A stretch of DNA of 64,000 nt from Mobula hypostoma (taxonomy: Eukaryota). Shown one piece after another: positions 25,441-38,499 of this stretch; the first letter of the stretch is position 1, and each line of letters begins with the position of its first letter. Below the pieces are notes generated by a model. That model did no database searches, was not told the origin of the DNA, and saw only the letters and a program-made list of their open reading frames with translations. A program made the position numbers and the translations under genes. The stretch is taken from the NCBI RefSeq assembly GCF_963921235.1, contig NC_086097.1:142602001-142666000 (forward strand), read 5' to 3'.

Positions 25441-26601
25441 TTGAAATAAAGGCAAATATGCAATTTGCTTACCTGATACCATGTTAGACAAGGAACAGAT
25501 GGATTCTTGTATCTTTTGCACATCTTCAATCTTTTTCCATTCAGATAAGAGCTTGAAGTGAACCTCACATGGTCCCAAGGTAGACTTCATTTGCCAAGTT
25601 TTCACCTACTCACTCAATGTACGTATATCCAGTTACAGAGTGCTAATATCACAACATGCTCTCCTACTGATTTTCATGTCATTGTCAAACTTGGATACCT
25701 TGCACTGTGTCCCATTTCCAGGTCCCATCTCCAGGTATAAAATGTAAATAATTGCAGGCCAAGAACTGGTCAGTGGGGCACTCCACTAGTTACGTCCTTC
25801 CATCTGCTTATACCATCTCTATCCTCTGTGCAAGAAACCATCTTAAATTAATTAATCTCAGCACACTACTTGAACACCAGCCGTTATGTGCACCTTGTTA
25901 AATATCTTCTGAAAATTCAAATATGCTGCATCTACAGGTTCCTCTCTGTCTACTCTGGATGCAGGTTACATTTTGTCAAAGTGCATTTACCTTTAAAAAA
26001 AAACACATTTACTTGGTTTGAGTAGATTAAGCTTCTTTAGATGACAAGCCTCTTCTTCCATCAAGCCAAAACTGTTGAAGGGAAAGCTGCAAGTAGTAGG
26101 GCAAAGAGAGGGGGAAGTTTCATGGGCTAGAGGAAAGAAATAGTCTGCAATGATGACTATGGAGCATTTTATTCAGTCAAAAAGAAAAAGGAAAATAGTG
26201 GAACAAGTCCTTCAAAGTTTACAAAATGCTGGACGCCCCTCTATCCTGAGGCTGTGCCCTCTAGACTCCCTCACCATGGGAAATATCCTTTCCACATCTT
26301 CTCTGTCTAGGCCTTTCAACATTCAAAAGGTTTCAATGAGATCTCCCGCGCACCCCCCCCCCATCCTCCTAAATTTCAGCGAATAAACTGACACTAGAAA
26401 TGCAGTAAATACAAGGGTAGAGGGCTTGGGGGTGGAGAAAGATTTATGGTTTTAGATGGCTTGAGGACAAGAAGGGCACTTGGAATTAAAGGGTGAAGAG
26501 GGAGGGTTTTATTAGAAGAAACTGAGATTAGGGACCATGACTAGGATTAGGTTGAGGGATTCATTCCATATCTTGCCACTTTTAGTGTTTAAATTCATAA
26601 C

Positions 26602-27339
26602 CTCTTGAGCACTATCCAAACCACATGGTTACCCACATTAACCAAGCAAGTTGGTACAAGCAAAGCCTAACTGAAGAAAGAAGGTGAGAATTATGAAAGA
26701 AACATCTGAAAAATGTACCTCTGGAAAGGTTTGTAGACTTAAAAGCAAGTCAGAGCTGTTCTTAGCCTCACATTTTAATCAGTTCAGTCTCTCTGTGCAT
26801 TTGGGAGGTATTCACTAGGTAAGTCAGGAGATAACGTGAAGTTAATGAAAAGCCTCCTCTCATTTATTAACTGAATGGTGAGCCCCTGATTTATTTTCTG
26901 TACAGTACTTAAGCTTTGAGAGAAATGGTACCTTTTCTTGTGTTTGCATCCAGCACATCAAACAAAGCAGTTCATTCAAATCTTTGCTATTCTCTGAAGC
27001 TGAAAAATATTTCTCCCACTTTGGGAAGCATATTTATGTTACCACCCGTCTCCAAAATAACTTTCAGCTTGGGAGGTTGGATGGTTATTTACTGTAAAAC
27101 CTCCTCAATTTGAGGTCTACGAAATAAAGAAAAATGTCAACCCTTATCAGACTGAAACCCAATCCATGTACAAATACAAAGTTACACCTAATTTCCACAG
27201 GTAAGACAGGATTTGAAGGAAAATTTACCTGTTGTAACTTGTTTTAATTTCTGACAGAAGCCTGCCCCTTGCGAAATTGGATATGGCATTTTCTGTTCTC
27301 ATTACACCATAAGATAGAATTACTTCCCTGTCATATTTC
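26602..27339 (-). pseudogene. Decayed unknown gene, cluster of four exon candidates (27339-27229, 27116-26932, 26814-26719, 26670-26602)
   Basis: Each is bounded by ag/gt. The 111-nt exon is fully open (KYDREVILSYGVMRTENAISNFARGRLLSEIKTSYNR). The 185-nt exon needs one frameshift. The 69-nt exon reads *ALLVPTCLVNVGNHVVWIVLKR. The last intron would be only 48 nt, which is a weakness. Confidence 0.5.
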
Positions 27340-28434
27340 CTGCATAAGATAATATTATCAAAGTGAAAGGCCTGTTTAAATTATATAAATTATTATTATT
27401 GGTTTATTATTGTTACTTGTACTGAGGTACAGTGAAAGATGAGTCTTGCATACTGTTCATATAGATCAATTCACCTCAACGGTGCATTGAGGTAGTACAA
27501 GGTAAGGCAATAACATAACTGCAGAATAAAATGTTACAGTACAGAGAAAGTACAGTGCATGCAGACAGTAAGGTGCAAGTTCACAATGAAGTAAATTGTT
27601 AAGTCAAGGGCCCATCTCATTGCGCTAGGGAGCCATTCAAAAGAAGTGGGACAGAAGATGTCCTTGAACCTACTGTACATTCTTTAAGGCTTTTGAATCT
27701 TCTGCTTGCTTGGGGTGTGGGATAGTAGGGTGAAGTTGGGGAGGAAGAGAGAATATCCAGGATAAATGGGATCTTTGATTATGCCGGCTGATTAGTAAGA
27801 GTGTCAAAGGTTATGATGAGTAAGGTCATCAAATTTTAAGGGGAGAAGGCAAGAGAATGGGGTTGAGAGGAATGATAAATCAGCCATGATGGAATGGCAC
27901 AGCCTAATTCTGATCTTATGTCTAATGGTCTTGTGGCCTTTCCTGAGACAGTAAAATATGTAGAGAGTCCACAGAGGGGAGGCTGGTTTCTGTGATGTGC
28001 TGAGCTGTGTCCACAACTCTGCAGTTTCTTGCAGTCATGGGCAGAAAGGTTGCCATACCAAACATGGTGGGGGAGGGATGGCAGTTGTTGTGGGTATGTG
28101 GGGGGGTGGATTATCATGGCTCCAGCTCATGCCGGATCTGAATGTGGCTGACTGCAGCCTTTCCCTCTACCTCATATTCAGCATTTCCAATTGGACCCCA
28201 TCTGGCTACTGGCTTCAACAGGCTTTTCCATAGCACAGAGAGCACTGGGATGTTAAAACCCATCACATTCCTGATTCCCCATTCCCATCTTAATCTCCAC
28301 TGGCTCCACTTGCCGCATAGCCCTCATCCTGATCATCATCCTCCCCTTCCCTTCCTGATCATATCACTCACTACACACACAGTTCATCAACAGTTCTCCA
28401 CTATTTGTCTCTGGTTCCATCTGCCATTCTCCTC

Positions 28435-30270
28435 AAAGTTCAAAGTAAATTTATTATCAATATCTATGTGTTAAACCCGGCTGGTGGCGTAGTGGCATCA
28501 GTGCTGGACTTCGGGATGAAAGGTCCCGAGTTTGAATCCAGCCGGCTCCCCTGCACGCTTTCCATCCGTGCTGGGTTACGAGCTGGTGATCTCCTTGGAA
28601 ACTCACCCGGCAGAAGGCAATGGCAAGTTACAGCCTTGTACGCGGTTCTGCACTACATCAGAGAGGCATGGAGGGAAATCGTCCACGAACCGGAGAAACT
28701 CTGGATGTGACGTACCTTTCCTTTTCCATCTATTTGTTACCATATATTACCTTCAGGTTAATTGTCTTGCGGGCATTTACAGGAAAAAAGTAAATGCAAT
28801 CAAATTTTATTAAGAACTTCACATAAACAGTCAGGCAGCGAATGTGCAAAGGAAGACAAACTGGGCAAATAAGAATAATACTGAGAATGAGTAAAGAATA
28901 ATACTGAGAACATGAGTTGTAAAGAGACCTTGAAAGTGAGTCTGTAGGTTGCAGAATATGTTCAGAGCAGTGGTAATTTGAAGTTATCCATGCTGGTTTG
29001 GGAGCCTAGTTGCTCTGGGGTAATAACTGCTCTTGAATCTGGTAGTGTGGGACTTAAGGCCAATCTCCTGCCAAATGGTAGTCGCGAGAACACAGTGTGG
29101 CCTGGGTGGTGGAACTCTTTGATGATGGATGCTGCTTTCTTGTGGCAACGCTCCTTGTAAATTTGCTCAATGGTGGGGAGGGGTTTTCCTTTGGTGGAGT
29201 GGTTGTATCTTCAACTTCCTGTAGTCTTTTCAGTTCCTGGGCATTACTGTTTCCTCACCAGGCACTGTTACAACCAGTTAAGATATTCTCCACCATGCAT
29301 CTATAGAAGTTTGTCAAAGATTTTGGTGATATGAAGAATCTTTGCAAACTTCTAGGGAAGTAGAGGTGCTGTTGTGCCTTCTTTGTGATGACACTAATGT
29401 GCTGGTCCTAGGACAGATTTTCAGATATGTTAATGCCAAGGAATTTAATGTTACTGACCCTCTCCACCTCCAGTCCTCTGATGAAGACTGGCTCATGGAC
29501 CTTTGGCTCCTTCCTCCTGTAGTTGATAATTAGCTCTTTGGTCTTGCTGACGCTGAGTGAAAGAGAGCTTGTTGTTGCGCCCCATTCAGCCAGACTTTCA
29601 ACCTTCTTCCTATATGCTGATTTGTTACCACATTTGGTTCGGCCAACAGTGGCAGCAAAATTAAATATAGCATTGGAGCTGTGCTAGGCCTCAGTCACAA
29701 GTAAAAGGTGAATCAAGCAGCGGTACTTAGCCTCTGTGGTTCACATGTGCTAATGGAGGAGATGATATTGCCAATCCATACCGACTAGGGCTGCAAGCAT
29801 CCTGATGTATGCATCTTCATCGTCCAGGTGTTCCAGAGCAGGTGAAGAGCCAATAAAATGGTGCCTGCTGTTCACCTGTTGTGTCGGTAGGCAAATTGGA
29901 GCAGATCCAGGTCACTCCTCACGCAGGAGTTGATATGCTTAATGACTAATCTCTTAAATCACTTCATCACAGTGGATGTAAGTGCTACTGGGCGATAGTC
30001 ATCAAGGCAGGTTACCATGTTCGGGTTAGTCACCAGTATGATTGATGCCTGCTTGAAGCAGGTGGGTACCTCAGGCTGCTGAAGTGAGAGGTTCAAGTGT
30101 CTATAAGCACTCCAGCTACTGATTAACATAGGTCTTTTGTACACAGTCAGGTATGCTGTCTGTGCCAAATGCTTTCCATCTGCACTGGAATTCACCCTCC
30201 TGAAGGATGCTCTCCCATTGACCTCAGAGACAGAGATCATGGGGTCATCAGGGGCTGTAGGGTTCGTGAA
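28435..30270 (-). mobile_element. Decayed Rex1-type LINE, containing a SINE
   Basis: Minus ORF 29959-30291 reads VPTCFKQASII...DDYRPVALTSTVMK. Tail caaagttcaaagtaaatttatt at about 28435. Confidence 0.75.
28477..28727 (+). mobile_element. tRNA-derived SINE
   Basis: A box tggcgtagtgg, B box gtttgaatcc, and a cctttccttttcc tail. Confidence 0.75.
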
Positions 30271-30849
30271 GGTGCCTTCATATTCTGTCACCTCTTCTCT
30301 AATGGTTTCCTGTCACCTCCTTCACTTATCAGCAGTGATAGCCTGAATATTCCTGATTCTCTCTCTCTAGCAGCTATCTCCAACCTCTTCCTTCCCTCCA
30401 CTCAGCTTGCTCCATCAGCCTGTCAATATTTTTTTCTCTTCGTCTGCCTCCAACCATCATTTACCCACCAGTGTCTCCCAAACCCAACCCATCCCCAACG
30501 CAACGTGCTATCATCTTACAGCCCTCCTCAATCCATCAATCCTTACCGCCCACTGTCGTTACTCCATATTTCTGTCTGTACTGGCCATCTCCCACCCTCA
30601 GTCCTGATGCAGGGTTTGACCTGAAATCTTGGCAATTCTTTTCCATTCATGGATGGTGCTTGATCTGTTGTGTTCATGTAGCAGATTGTTCATTGATCCA
30701 TCTCTCCAAAGCCTGAGGCTGCCAAGGAGAGAACTGCCTAATGGTGCTGACCAACTGGATGGGTTTAGAAACACGGGTCGCTTCAGCTGTAGCTGTGATA
30801 CATGGAGAATGGTTTTTAACATCTCTCAGAGAGAGAAAACCATCACAAA

Positions 30850-31180
30850 GGCTGAGTTCACTCAACCTATTCTCATAAGGCATGCTCTCCAATCCAGGCA
30901 ACATCCTTGTAAATCTTCTCTGCACCCTTTCTATGGTTTCCGCATCCTGTCTGTATTCAGGCGACCAAAACTGAGCACAGTACCCAAACGGGGTCTGACA
31001 AGGGTCCTATAAAGCTGTAACATTACCTCTTGGCTCCTAAACTCAATTCCACGATTGATGAAGGCCAATGCACCGTAGTCCTTCTTAACCACAGAGTCAA
31101 CCTGTGCGGCAGCTTTGAGTGTCCTATGGACTTGGACCCCAAGATCCCTCTGATCCTCCACACTGCCAAGAGTCTGCCAT
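30850..31180 (-). mobile_element. CR1 fragment flanked by Penelope-like pieces
   Basis: Reads TLGSVEDQRDLGVQVHRTLK...LQLYRTLVRP and QRRFTRMLPGLE. Confidence 0.85.
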
Positions 31181-31508
31181 TTATGCTGCCTGACCTGCTG
31201 AGTTTCTCTGGCATTTTGTGATGGTTTCCCTGGATTTCCAGCAATTGTATAATCCCTTCTGCTTATTATTACACTCATGTGACTAATTAACCTATACGTC
31301 TTTGGAATATATGAGGAAACCAGAACATCTGGAGGAAACGCCTGTGGTTACGGGGAGAATGTATTAATTCCTTAGAGAAGGTGGCGGAAAGGAACCTGGT
31401 TCGCTGGCATTATACTATTGTTACACTATCCACAAAGCTACCTCTATGGTTAGAATCTCTGTGAGATTCGCAAGCAATTTCTTTGCAGCTGGTGCATGCG
31501 ACATTTAC

Positions 31509-31647
31509 CTAATTATATCTAACACCACTCTCAGATCATGATCCCCAGATTAAGGTCCTAAATGAACCCAGTCCACACCAATGGGCAGGCCAAGTCTTAA
31601 GCAAACCAAACACTGGAATTCTGACAGATGCTCTCTTCCGAATTCTC
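31509..31647 (-). pseudogene. Decayed unknown gene, exon
   Basis: ctcttcccatag acceptor and AG|gtaaat donor, phase 1 to 2. Reads GEFGREHLSEFQCLVCLRLGLPIGVDWVHLGP*SGDHDLRVVLDIIR. The phases match both neighbouring exons. Confidence 0.55.
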
Positions 31648-32471
31648 CTATGGGAAGAGTTTACACTGGACAACAAAGATTTTGCTTCCTGAATACTTTT
31701 GGATGTGTCTTATAGATTTTAGGCAGCTGATCATGAAAATCACCATATTTCCCTATCACGCACCACTTTAAAAAAATCACCTATATTTGTTCTTGCAGTT
31801 GATAATTCAGATCAATTAAAAGGTTGCCCACAATGTAAGCAGAAAAGTTTTCTATCTTGTCCAGGCATGTATTTTCAGGAATATTTGTGATACAAAATGT
31901 CTTGCCAATGTTGGAACAGCCGTGATTTTTCCTGTTATATCTGTGGCGAGTATATGCTTAAATCTCAAAGATGGAGCACGCGTCCTCTTATTAAGAAAGC
32001 CTATGAGCTCTACTTTGGGTGTAAAATTGTCAACCAAGATAAAGCCTGGGCTCCACACATTTGTTACGCAACATGCGCTGTTGTTCTTTGAGCTTAGCTC
32101 AGAGGTACTCTGATGTCAATGCCATCCGGTGTCCTGATGATATGGTGAGAACAGGGGAACATGTGACAAGATTGCTACTTCTGTCTCACTAGTGTGTCTG
32201 GTTTCTCTGCAAAAAAAACAAGCAATCCATTGAATACACCAATATCCCTTCAGCCATGACACCTATGCCATGTGACGATAGTCTTCTAGTACCAATGCCA
32301 TTAGAGACATGGAGTCTAGAGGAGGCAGATGAAGATGCCATAATGCATGAGCCAGGAATCAAAAACAACACTGTTACAGATTTTGAACCCCTTATGTTGA
32401 GTAAGCCTCATCTGATAACTCAATCCAAGTTAAATGACATTGTCAGAGACTTGGGTTTGTCAGAGGCAAAA

Positions 32472-34228
32472 TAGTCATAGTCATACTTTATTGATCCCGG
32501 GGTAAATTGTTCTTTGTTACAGTAGCACCATAAATAATAAATAGTAATAGAACCATAAATAGTTAAATAGTAATATGTAAATTATGCCAGTAAATTATGA
32601 AATAAGTCCAGGACCAGCTTATTGGCTCAGGGTGTCTGACCCTCCAAGGGAAGAGTTGTAAAGTTTGATGGCCACAAGCAGGAATGATTTCCTATGACGC
32701 TTAGTGTTGCATCTCGGTGGAATGAGTCTCTGGCTGAATGTACTCCTGTGCCCACCCAGTACATTCTGTAGTGGATGGGAGACATTGACCAAGATGGCAT
32801 GCAACTTGGACAGCATCCTCTTTTCAGACACCACCGTGAGAGAGTCCAGTTCCATCTCCACAACATCACTGGCCTTACGAATGAGTTTGTTGATCCTGTT
32901 GGTGTCTGCTACCCTCAGCCTGCTGCCCCAGCACACAACAGCAAACATGATAGCACTGGCCACCACAGACTCGTAGAACACCTCAGCATCGTCCGGCAGA
33001 TGTTAAAGGACTTCAGTCTCCTCAGGAAATAGAGACGGCTCTGTCCCTTCTTGTAGACACCCTCAGTGTTCTTTGACCAGTCCAGTTTATTGTCAATTCG
33101 TATCCCCAGGTATTTGTAATCCTCCACCATGTCCACACTGACCCCCTGGATGGAAACAGGGATCACCAGTACCTTAGCTCTCCTCAGGTCTACCACCAGC
33201 TCCTTAGTCTTTTTCACATTAAGCTGCAGATAATTCTGCTCACACCATGTGACGAAGTTTCCTACCGTAGCCCTGTACTCAGCCTCATCTCCCTCGCTGA
33301 TACATCCAACTATGGCAGAGTTGTCCGAAAACTTCTGAAGATGACAAGACTCTGTGCAGTAGTTGGAAGTCCGATGTGTAAATGGTGAAGAGAAAGGGAG
33401 ACAAGACAGTCCCCTGTGGAGCCCCAGTGCTGCTGATCACTCTGTCGGACACACAGTGTTGCAAGCACACGTACTGTGGTCTGCCAGTCAGGTAATCAAG
33501 AATCCATGATACGAGGGAAGCATCGACCTGCATTGCTGTCAGCTTCTCCCCCAGCAGAGCAGGGCGGATGGTGTTGTACGCACTGGAGAAGTCAAAAAAC
33601 ATGACCCTAACAGTGTTCGCTGGCTTGTCCAGGTGGGCGTAGACACGGTTCAGCAGGTAGACGATGGTGTCCTCAACCCCTAGTCGGGGCTGGTAAGCGA
33701 ACTGGAGGGGATCTAAGTGTGGCCTGACCATAGGCCGGAGTAGCTCCAGAACAAGTCTCTCCAGGGTCTTCATGATGTGGGAGGTCAATGCCACCGGTCT
33801 GTAGTCATTGAGGCCGCTGGGGCGCGGCGTCTTTGGCACAGGGACCCTCCAGAGCCTCAGGCTCAGGTTGAATACATGGCGAAGTACTCCACATAGCTGA
33901 GGGGCACAGGCTTTGAGCACCTTGGTACTGACACCATCCGGTCCTGCAGCCTTGCTTGGGTTGAGACATTTCAGCTGTCTTCTCACCTGTTCAGCTGTGA
34001 AGCCCACCATGGTGGTTTCGTGTGGGGAAGGGGTATAGTCATGAGAGCAGGGTGGGGGACTGTGAGGAGGGGTAGGAGGGGAGAGTGGAATATGTGTTGG
34101 TTGGGGGCCGACAACAGATGGCTCATGTGGGGTCACAATGTCAAATCTGTTAAAGAGCAGGTTAAGTTTATTGGCCCTGTCCACACTGCCTTCAGCTCCT
34201 CTGTTGCTAGTTTGCCGGAAAGCAGAAA
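32472..34228 (-). mobile_element. Rex1/Babar LINE nested in the Chapaev3 transposase
   Basis: Reads NDYRPVALTSHIMK, FFDFSSAYNTI, TGAPQGTVLSPFLF, KGQSRLYFLRRLK. It has a (tagtca) tail and a gcaaaa duplication at 32466-32471 and 34229-34234. Confidence 0.9.
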
Positions 34229-34830
34229 GCAAAAGCAGAATTACAGGGTTCAAGACCGCAAGGATGGAATCAGCTGTCACCAGGAACAAAATTTCTGTGA
34301 AGGATTTCGATATTTGAGACAGATGTTTCCCAAAATAACTGACGCCAAGATTAAGGAAGGTATTTTTGTTGGTCCACAAATCAAACAGGTCATCAATGAC
34401 AGGCAATTCGAAGACCTTCTAGCGGGACTGGAGAAAATCGCATGGAAGGCTTTCAAGGATGTTGTTGAAAATTTTCTTGGCAACTACAGAGTGCCAAACT
34501 ACGTGCAGTTGGTTGACAACATTCTTCAATCATATGCAAATGGCACTGTCAGTGATGAGCATGGTGAAAGGCTTCACCGGGACATCGCGGTCATGGAGAA
34601 ATGGTATCAGGGCAACTGGATTCCATCAATGCTGACTGATTATTGTTGGACACTTAAGTGAGAAGCCTCATACACTGAGTACAAACGAAAATCATCAACA
34701 AAACACTTCTAGCTTAGTCGAACTATTGCTAAGTGTCAGCAGTGTTATGCAATTAAATGCATTTTATTCAATAAAAGTTAATTTCTTGTTTCTCCAAATT
34801 CCTGTGTGATACAAGTAGTCTGAAATTATA

Positions 34831-35695
34831 ACACGAGGAATTCTGCAGATGCTGGAAATCCAAGCCACACACATCAAAGTTGCTGGTGAACACAGCAGGC
34901 CAGGCAGCATCTCTAGGAAGAGGTACAGTCGACGTTTCGGGCCAAGACCCTTTGTCAGGACTAACTGAAGGAAGGACTAGTAAGAGATTTGAAAGTGGGA
35001 GGGGGAGGGGGAGATCCAAAATGATAGGAGAAGACAGGAGTGGGAGGGATGGAGCCAAGAGCTGGACAGGTGATTGGCACAGGGGATATGAGAGGATCAT
35101 GGGACAGGAGGCCCAGGGAGAAGGAAAAGGGGGAGGGGGGAAAACCCAGAGGATGGGCAAGGGGTATAATCAGAGGGACAGAGGGAGAAAAAGGAGAGAG
35201 AGAGAAAGAATGTGTGTATATAAATAAATAACGGATGGGGTACGAGGGAGAGGTGGGGCTTTAGCGGAAGTTAGAGAAGTCAATGTTCATGCCATCAGGT
35301 TGGAGGCTACCCAGACGGAATATAAGGTGTTGTTCCTCCAACCTGAGTGTGGCTTCATCTTTACAGTAGAGGAGGCTGTGGATAGACATGTCAGAATGGG
35401 AATGGGACGTGGAATTAAAATGTGTTTTTCCCCCTCCCCCTTTTCCTTCTCCTTGGGCCTCCTGTCCCATGATCCTCTCATATCCCTTTTGCCAATCACC
35501 TGTCCAGCTCGACTCCATCCCTCCCCCTCCTGTCTTCTCGTATCATTTTGGATCTCCCCCTCCCACTTTCAAATCTCTTACTAGTTCTTCCTTCAGTTAG
35601 TCCTGATGAAGGGTCTCGGCCCAAAACGTCGACTGTACCCCTTCCTAGAGATGCTGCCTGGCCTGCTGCGTTCACCAGCAACTTTGACGTGTGTG
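34831..35695 (-). mobile_element. Penelope-like element 3' end with an inverted partial pLTR
   Basis: GIY-YIG C-terminal peptide HFNSTSHSHSDMSIH...RLEEQHLIFRLGSLQPDGMNIDF (35261-35425), a long inverted repeat, and a 13-bp TSD gtctgaaattata at 34818-34830 and 35696-35708. Confidence 0.85.
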
Positions 35696-36039
35696 GTCTG
35701 AAATTATATTTGTGTTCTGCTTTAAGCGTGCTATCATAACCAAAATAAATTTCTGAGGAAGTAACGCTTTGGAAAAAAAAATTGCTGCCCATTGTTACCA
35801 AATAGAACAAAAGCATCAAAGATGCTCTCAGATTCAGAAATCTATTTGCCAAATTGTGGCTGTGCTGGCTTGTTTAAAGGACTTGCTGGTTAGTACCAAT
35901 CCCTTTCCTTTTGGCACTGCAGATCAGAATATTCTGAGAAACTGTCCTCACCCACCTGCTTATCATTTTGCCTGTTATCTTAAATTTGTCTTCAGTTTGC
36001 CAATCACGCTTGTTATAGTACATAGAAAAGTCACAGTAC

Positions 36040-36909
36040 AGGACATTGCGGCGAAAAAGTTCTATTCAAAATGTTCCAAGGAACATCTAAATAAGCCTGA
36101 TGCATTTTGCAAACAAGTCCTGTGGACTGATGAAGTTAAAATAGAACTTTTTGGCCGCAATGAGCAAAGGTATGTTTGGAGAAAAAAGGGTGCAGAATTT
36201 CATGAAAAGAACCCCTCTCCAACTGCTAAGCACGGGGGTGGATTGATCATGCTTTGGGCTTGTGTTGCAGCCAGTGGTACGGGAAACATTTACTGGTAGA
36301 GGGAAGAATGAATTCAATTAAATACCAGCAAATTCTGGAAGCAAACATCACACTGTCTGTAAAAAAGCCAAAGATGAAAAGAGGATGGCTTCTACAACAG
36401 GATAATGAACCTAAACACACCTCAAATTCCACAATGGACTACCTCAAGAGGCGCAAGCTGAAGGTTTTGCCATGGCCCTCGCAGTCCCCTGACCTAAACA
36501 TCATCGAAAATCTGTGGATAGACCTCAAAAGAGCAATGCATGCAAGACGGCCCAAGAATCTCACAGAACTAGAAGCCTTTTGCAAGGAAGAATGGGTGAA
36601 AATCCCCCAAACAAGAACTGAAAGACTCTTAGCTGGCTACAAAAAGTGTTTACAAGCTGTGATACTTGCCAAAGGGGGTGTTACTAAGTACTGCCATGGA
36701 AGGTGCCCAAACTTTTGCTTCGGGCCCTTTTCATTTTTTGTTATTTTGAAACTGTAAAAGATGGAAATAAAGAAGTTTTCTTGCTTAAAATAGTAAAGAA
36801 ATGTATCATCTTTAACTCCATGCCTTTTGGAAATCAATTCATCTTTTACTCAGCTATTCACAGTAACAGAAATTTTGACCAGGACTGCCCAAACTTTTGC
36901 ATGCCACTG
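36040..36909 (+). mobile_element. Tc1 (DD34E) transposon, 3' half
   Basis: WTDEVKIELF, QQDNEPKH and SPDLNIIE with 34 residues between D and E, one frameshift. The TIR ends gcatgccactg followed by TA. Confidence 0.92.
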
Positions 36910-37404
36910 TATACCTATCTAAGAATCTCTTAATTTCTTAATTATTCTCTTAATTAAGAATGCATCCCTAATGTATCTGGCTCTACAACCACCCTGGCAA
37001 TGCACTCCACAAAAACTTACCTCTGACATTCCCCTGATAGCTTCTTCCAATCACCTTAAAATTATGCCTTCAGGTACTAGCTATTTCCGCCCTGGGAAAA
37101 TAAAGGCACCAGCTGTCCACCTATGTCTCTTAACATCTTGTACATTTACCATCCTCCTTTGCTTTAAAGAGAAAAGCTCCTGTTGGCTCAACTTTTTCTT
37201 ATAAAATATGTTACTGTCTGTTAAAAGTTTTCTAACTAATGGCCTGTTAATTATTATTCCCAGCAGTCATGAGATTGCCTGTTACCTTAAATCTATCTTC
37301 AAGTTACTGATCACACCTGTCAGTTACAAGTTTACTGAGTAATGGCTTATTATTATTCCCAACAGTTATCAGTGGGATTTAATAAAAATCAATTAAAAAC
37401 TTAC

Positions 37405-38200
37405 CCTTGACTTAACCCATAGGGAATAGAGCCAAAGTGGAAGATATGAAGGTGGTTGTCCGTTGGTACCCATTATCTTGTATCTTGTTTAGAATTAATC
37501 TGTTGGAAAGAAAAAGACATGGAACCAATCTAAAAAGTGTTTGAGAGAAAGAATTTAAATAGAAGCAGCAGATTAAAAAGCGACAGGCCCTTGTATTTGG
37601 CATCCCTCCGTCTTATCTTTGTCCACCCCTCCCCCACCACATTTCTCCAGCCTCCAATGCCACCTCGAATGCTAGTAAATCGGCTGGAATTAATCCTGGA
37701 TTTTGGTTTGCGATGTCTGCATGAGATTAAGCCACAGATGCAGAGGCAGCTGCTCCATTCTTTCTAACTTTGATCATCACAGATGAGAGGAACAGGGAAT
37801 GGAATCCACATTCGGTGTATGCAGCTACAGTTTGGAGTGATCGATAGTAAGGGGGCTTGCTGAAATGGGGATTAAATTCATAACTACTGTAAAAGATTTG
37901 GGGCAATCCATGATCCAGCACTCCAGAAATAAATAGATCCATAAAAAGGAAGTCAGCTGATTCTTGTGTTTGATTTCTTTTGCCATAAGCTCCCCCCACC
38001 CCCCTTACACAACTTATCTGCTTTCAAAAACACACTTACATTTGCTGTAAGGAATTCAGCAGAAATCCAGTCACGATTTAGCAACCCACAGTAGGTTTTG
38101 ATAAAACCTCGCTTGTTCTTTGTTGAGAAGTACACTGTCTTGATCATGGCTGAAGTGTGAAGTCCATTTGGAAGTGAAGTTGCACCAACCATTGCATTTC
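37405..38200 (-). pseudogene. Decayed unknown gene, three exons (38200-38040, 37859-37638, 37499-37405)
   Basis: Donors gtaagt, gtgggg and gtaagt; acceptors cactag, ccccatttcag and tttctttccaacag. Phases 0-2, 2-2 and 2-1 chain into EMQWLVQLHFQ...SLQQI-KPPYYRSLQTV...NPGLIPADLLAFEVALEAGEM-LILNKIQDNGYQRTTTFISSTLALFPMG*VK, with few stops. Confidence 0.55.
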
Positions 38201-38499
38201 CTAGTGTTCAGAAGATTCATGAGAGATCTACTCAAGGTATTTGAAGTGATAAAAAAAGGGGCAAACATTTACTCTAAATTCAGGCCAAGACAATAATCTT
38301 AAAAGTTGAGGGAGGCATGGAAAAAAAGAAACACTTAGAACACACCAACTGCTGTGGAAATCAGGAACTTTACTCTTGAAAAATTTGCAACAAAAACAGA
38401 AAAGTATCGAAAACAGACCAGGCAGTATCTGTGGTAAAACAAAAGACTTAACCTTTCAAGTTGAAGATACATCAGTGGAACTAGGAAACACTCCTCCAC

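Larger units (their letters stand above)
31664..35794 (+). mobile_element. Chapaev3-type (CMC superfamily) DNA transposon, decayed, with two nested retroelements
   Basis: TTA duplication (31661-31663, 35795-35797) and degenerate TIRs cactggacaacaa/ttgctgcccattg. Transposase pieces CYICGEY...KKAYELYFG...QDKAWAPHIC and KIKEGIFVGPQIK...SDEHGERLHRDI...MLTDYCWTL. The family name is from recalled motifs. Confidence 0.75.

Noticed and set aside
25473..25605. AG/GT-bounded minus-strand segment (VKTWQMKSTLGPCEVHF...) as an exon of the decayed gene
   Set aside because: It matches the CR1 RT peptide WAKTWQMEYNVGKCEV, so it is a LINE remnant.
34020..34661. 213-aa ORF as a host gene
   Set aside because: It is antisense Rex1 sequence running into the Chapaev3 transposase C-terminus.
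37560..37999. C1q-like or ZP-like domain
   Set aside because: The resemblance (KNG, LEAGE.W) is superficial and depends on reading through probable intron sequence.
37953..38192. Stop-free ORF MVGATSLPNG...FLTAN as the true frame of the 38200-38040 exon
   Set aside because: Its phase (1 to 0) does not chain with the neighbouring exons, whereas the alternative frame (0 to 2) does. Not fully excluded.
21738..38200. The argument that the pseudogene stops arose by C-to-T changes from Arg/Gln codons
   Set aside because: Every stop codon is one C-to-T change from CGA, CAA or CAG, so this is not evidence.
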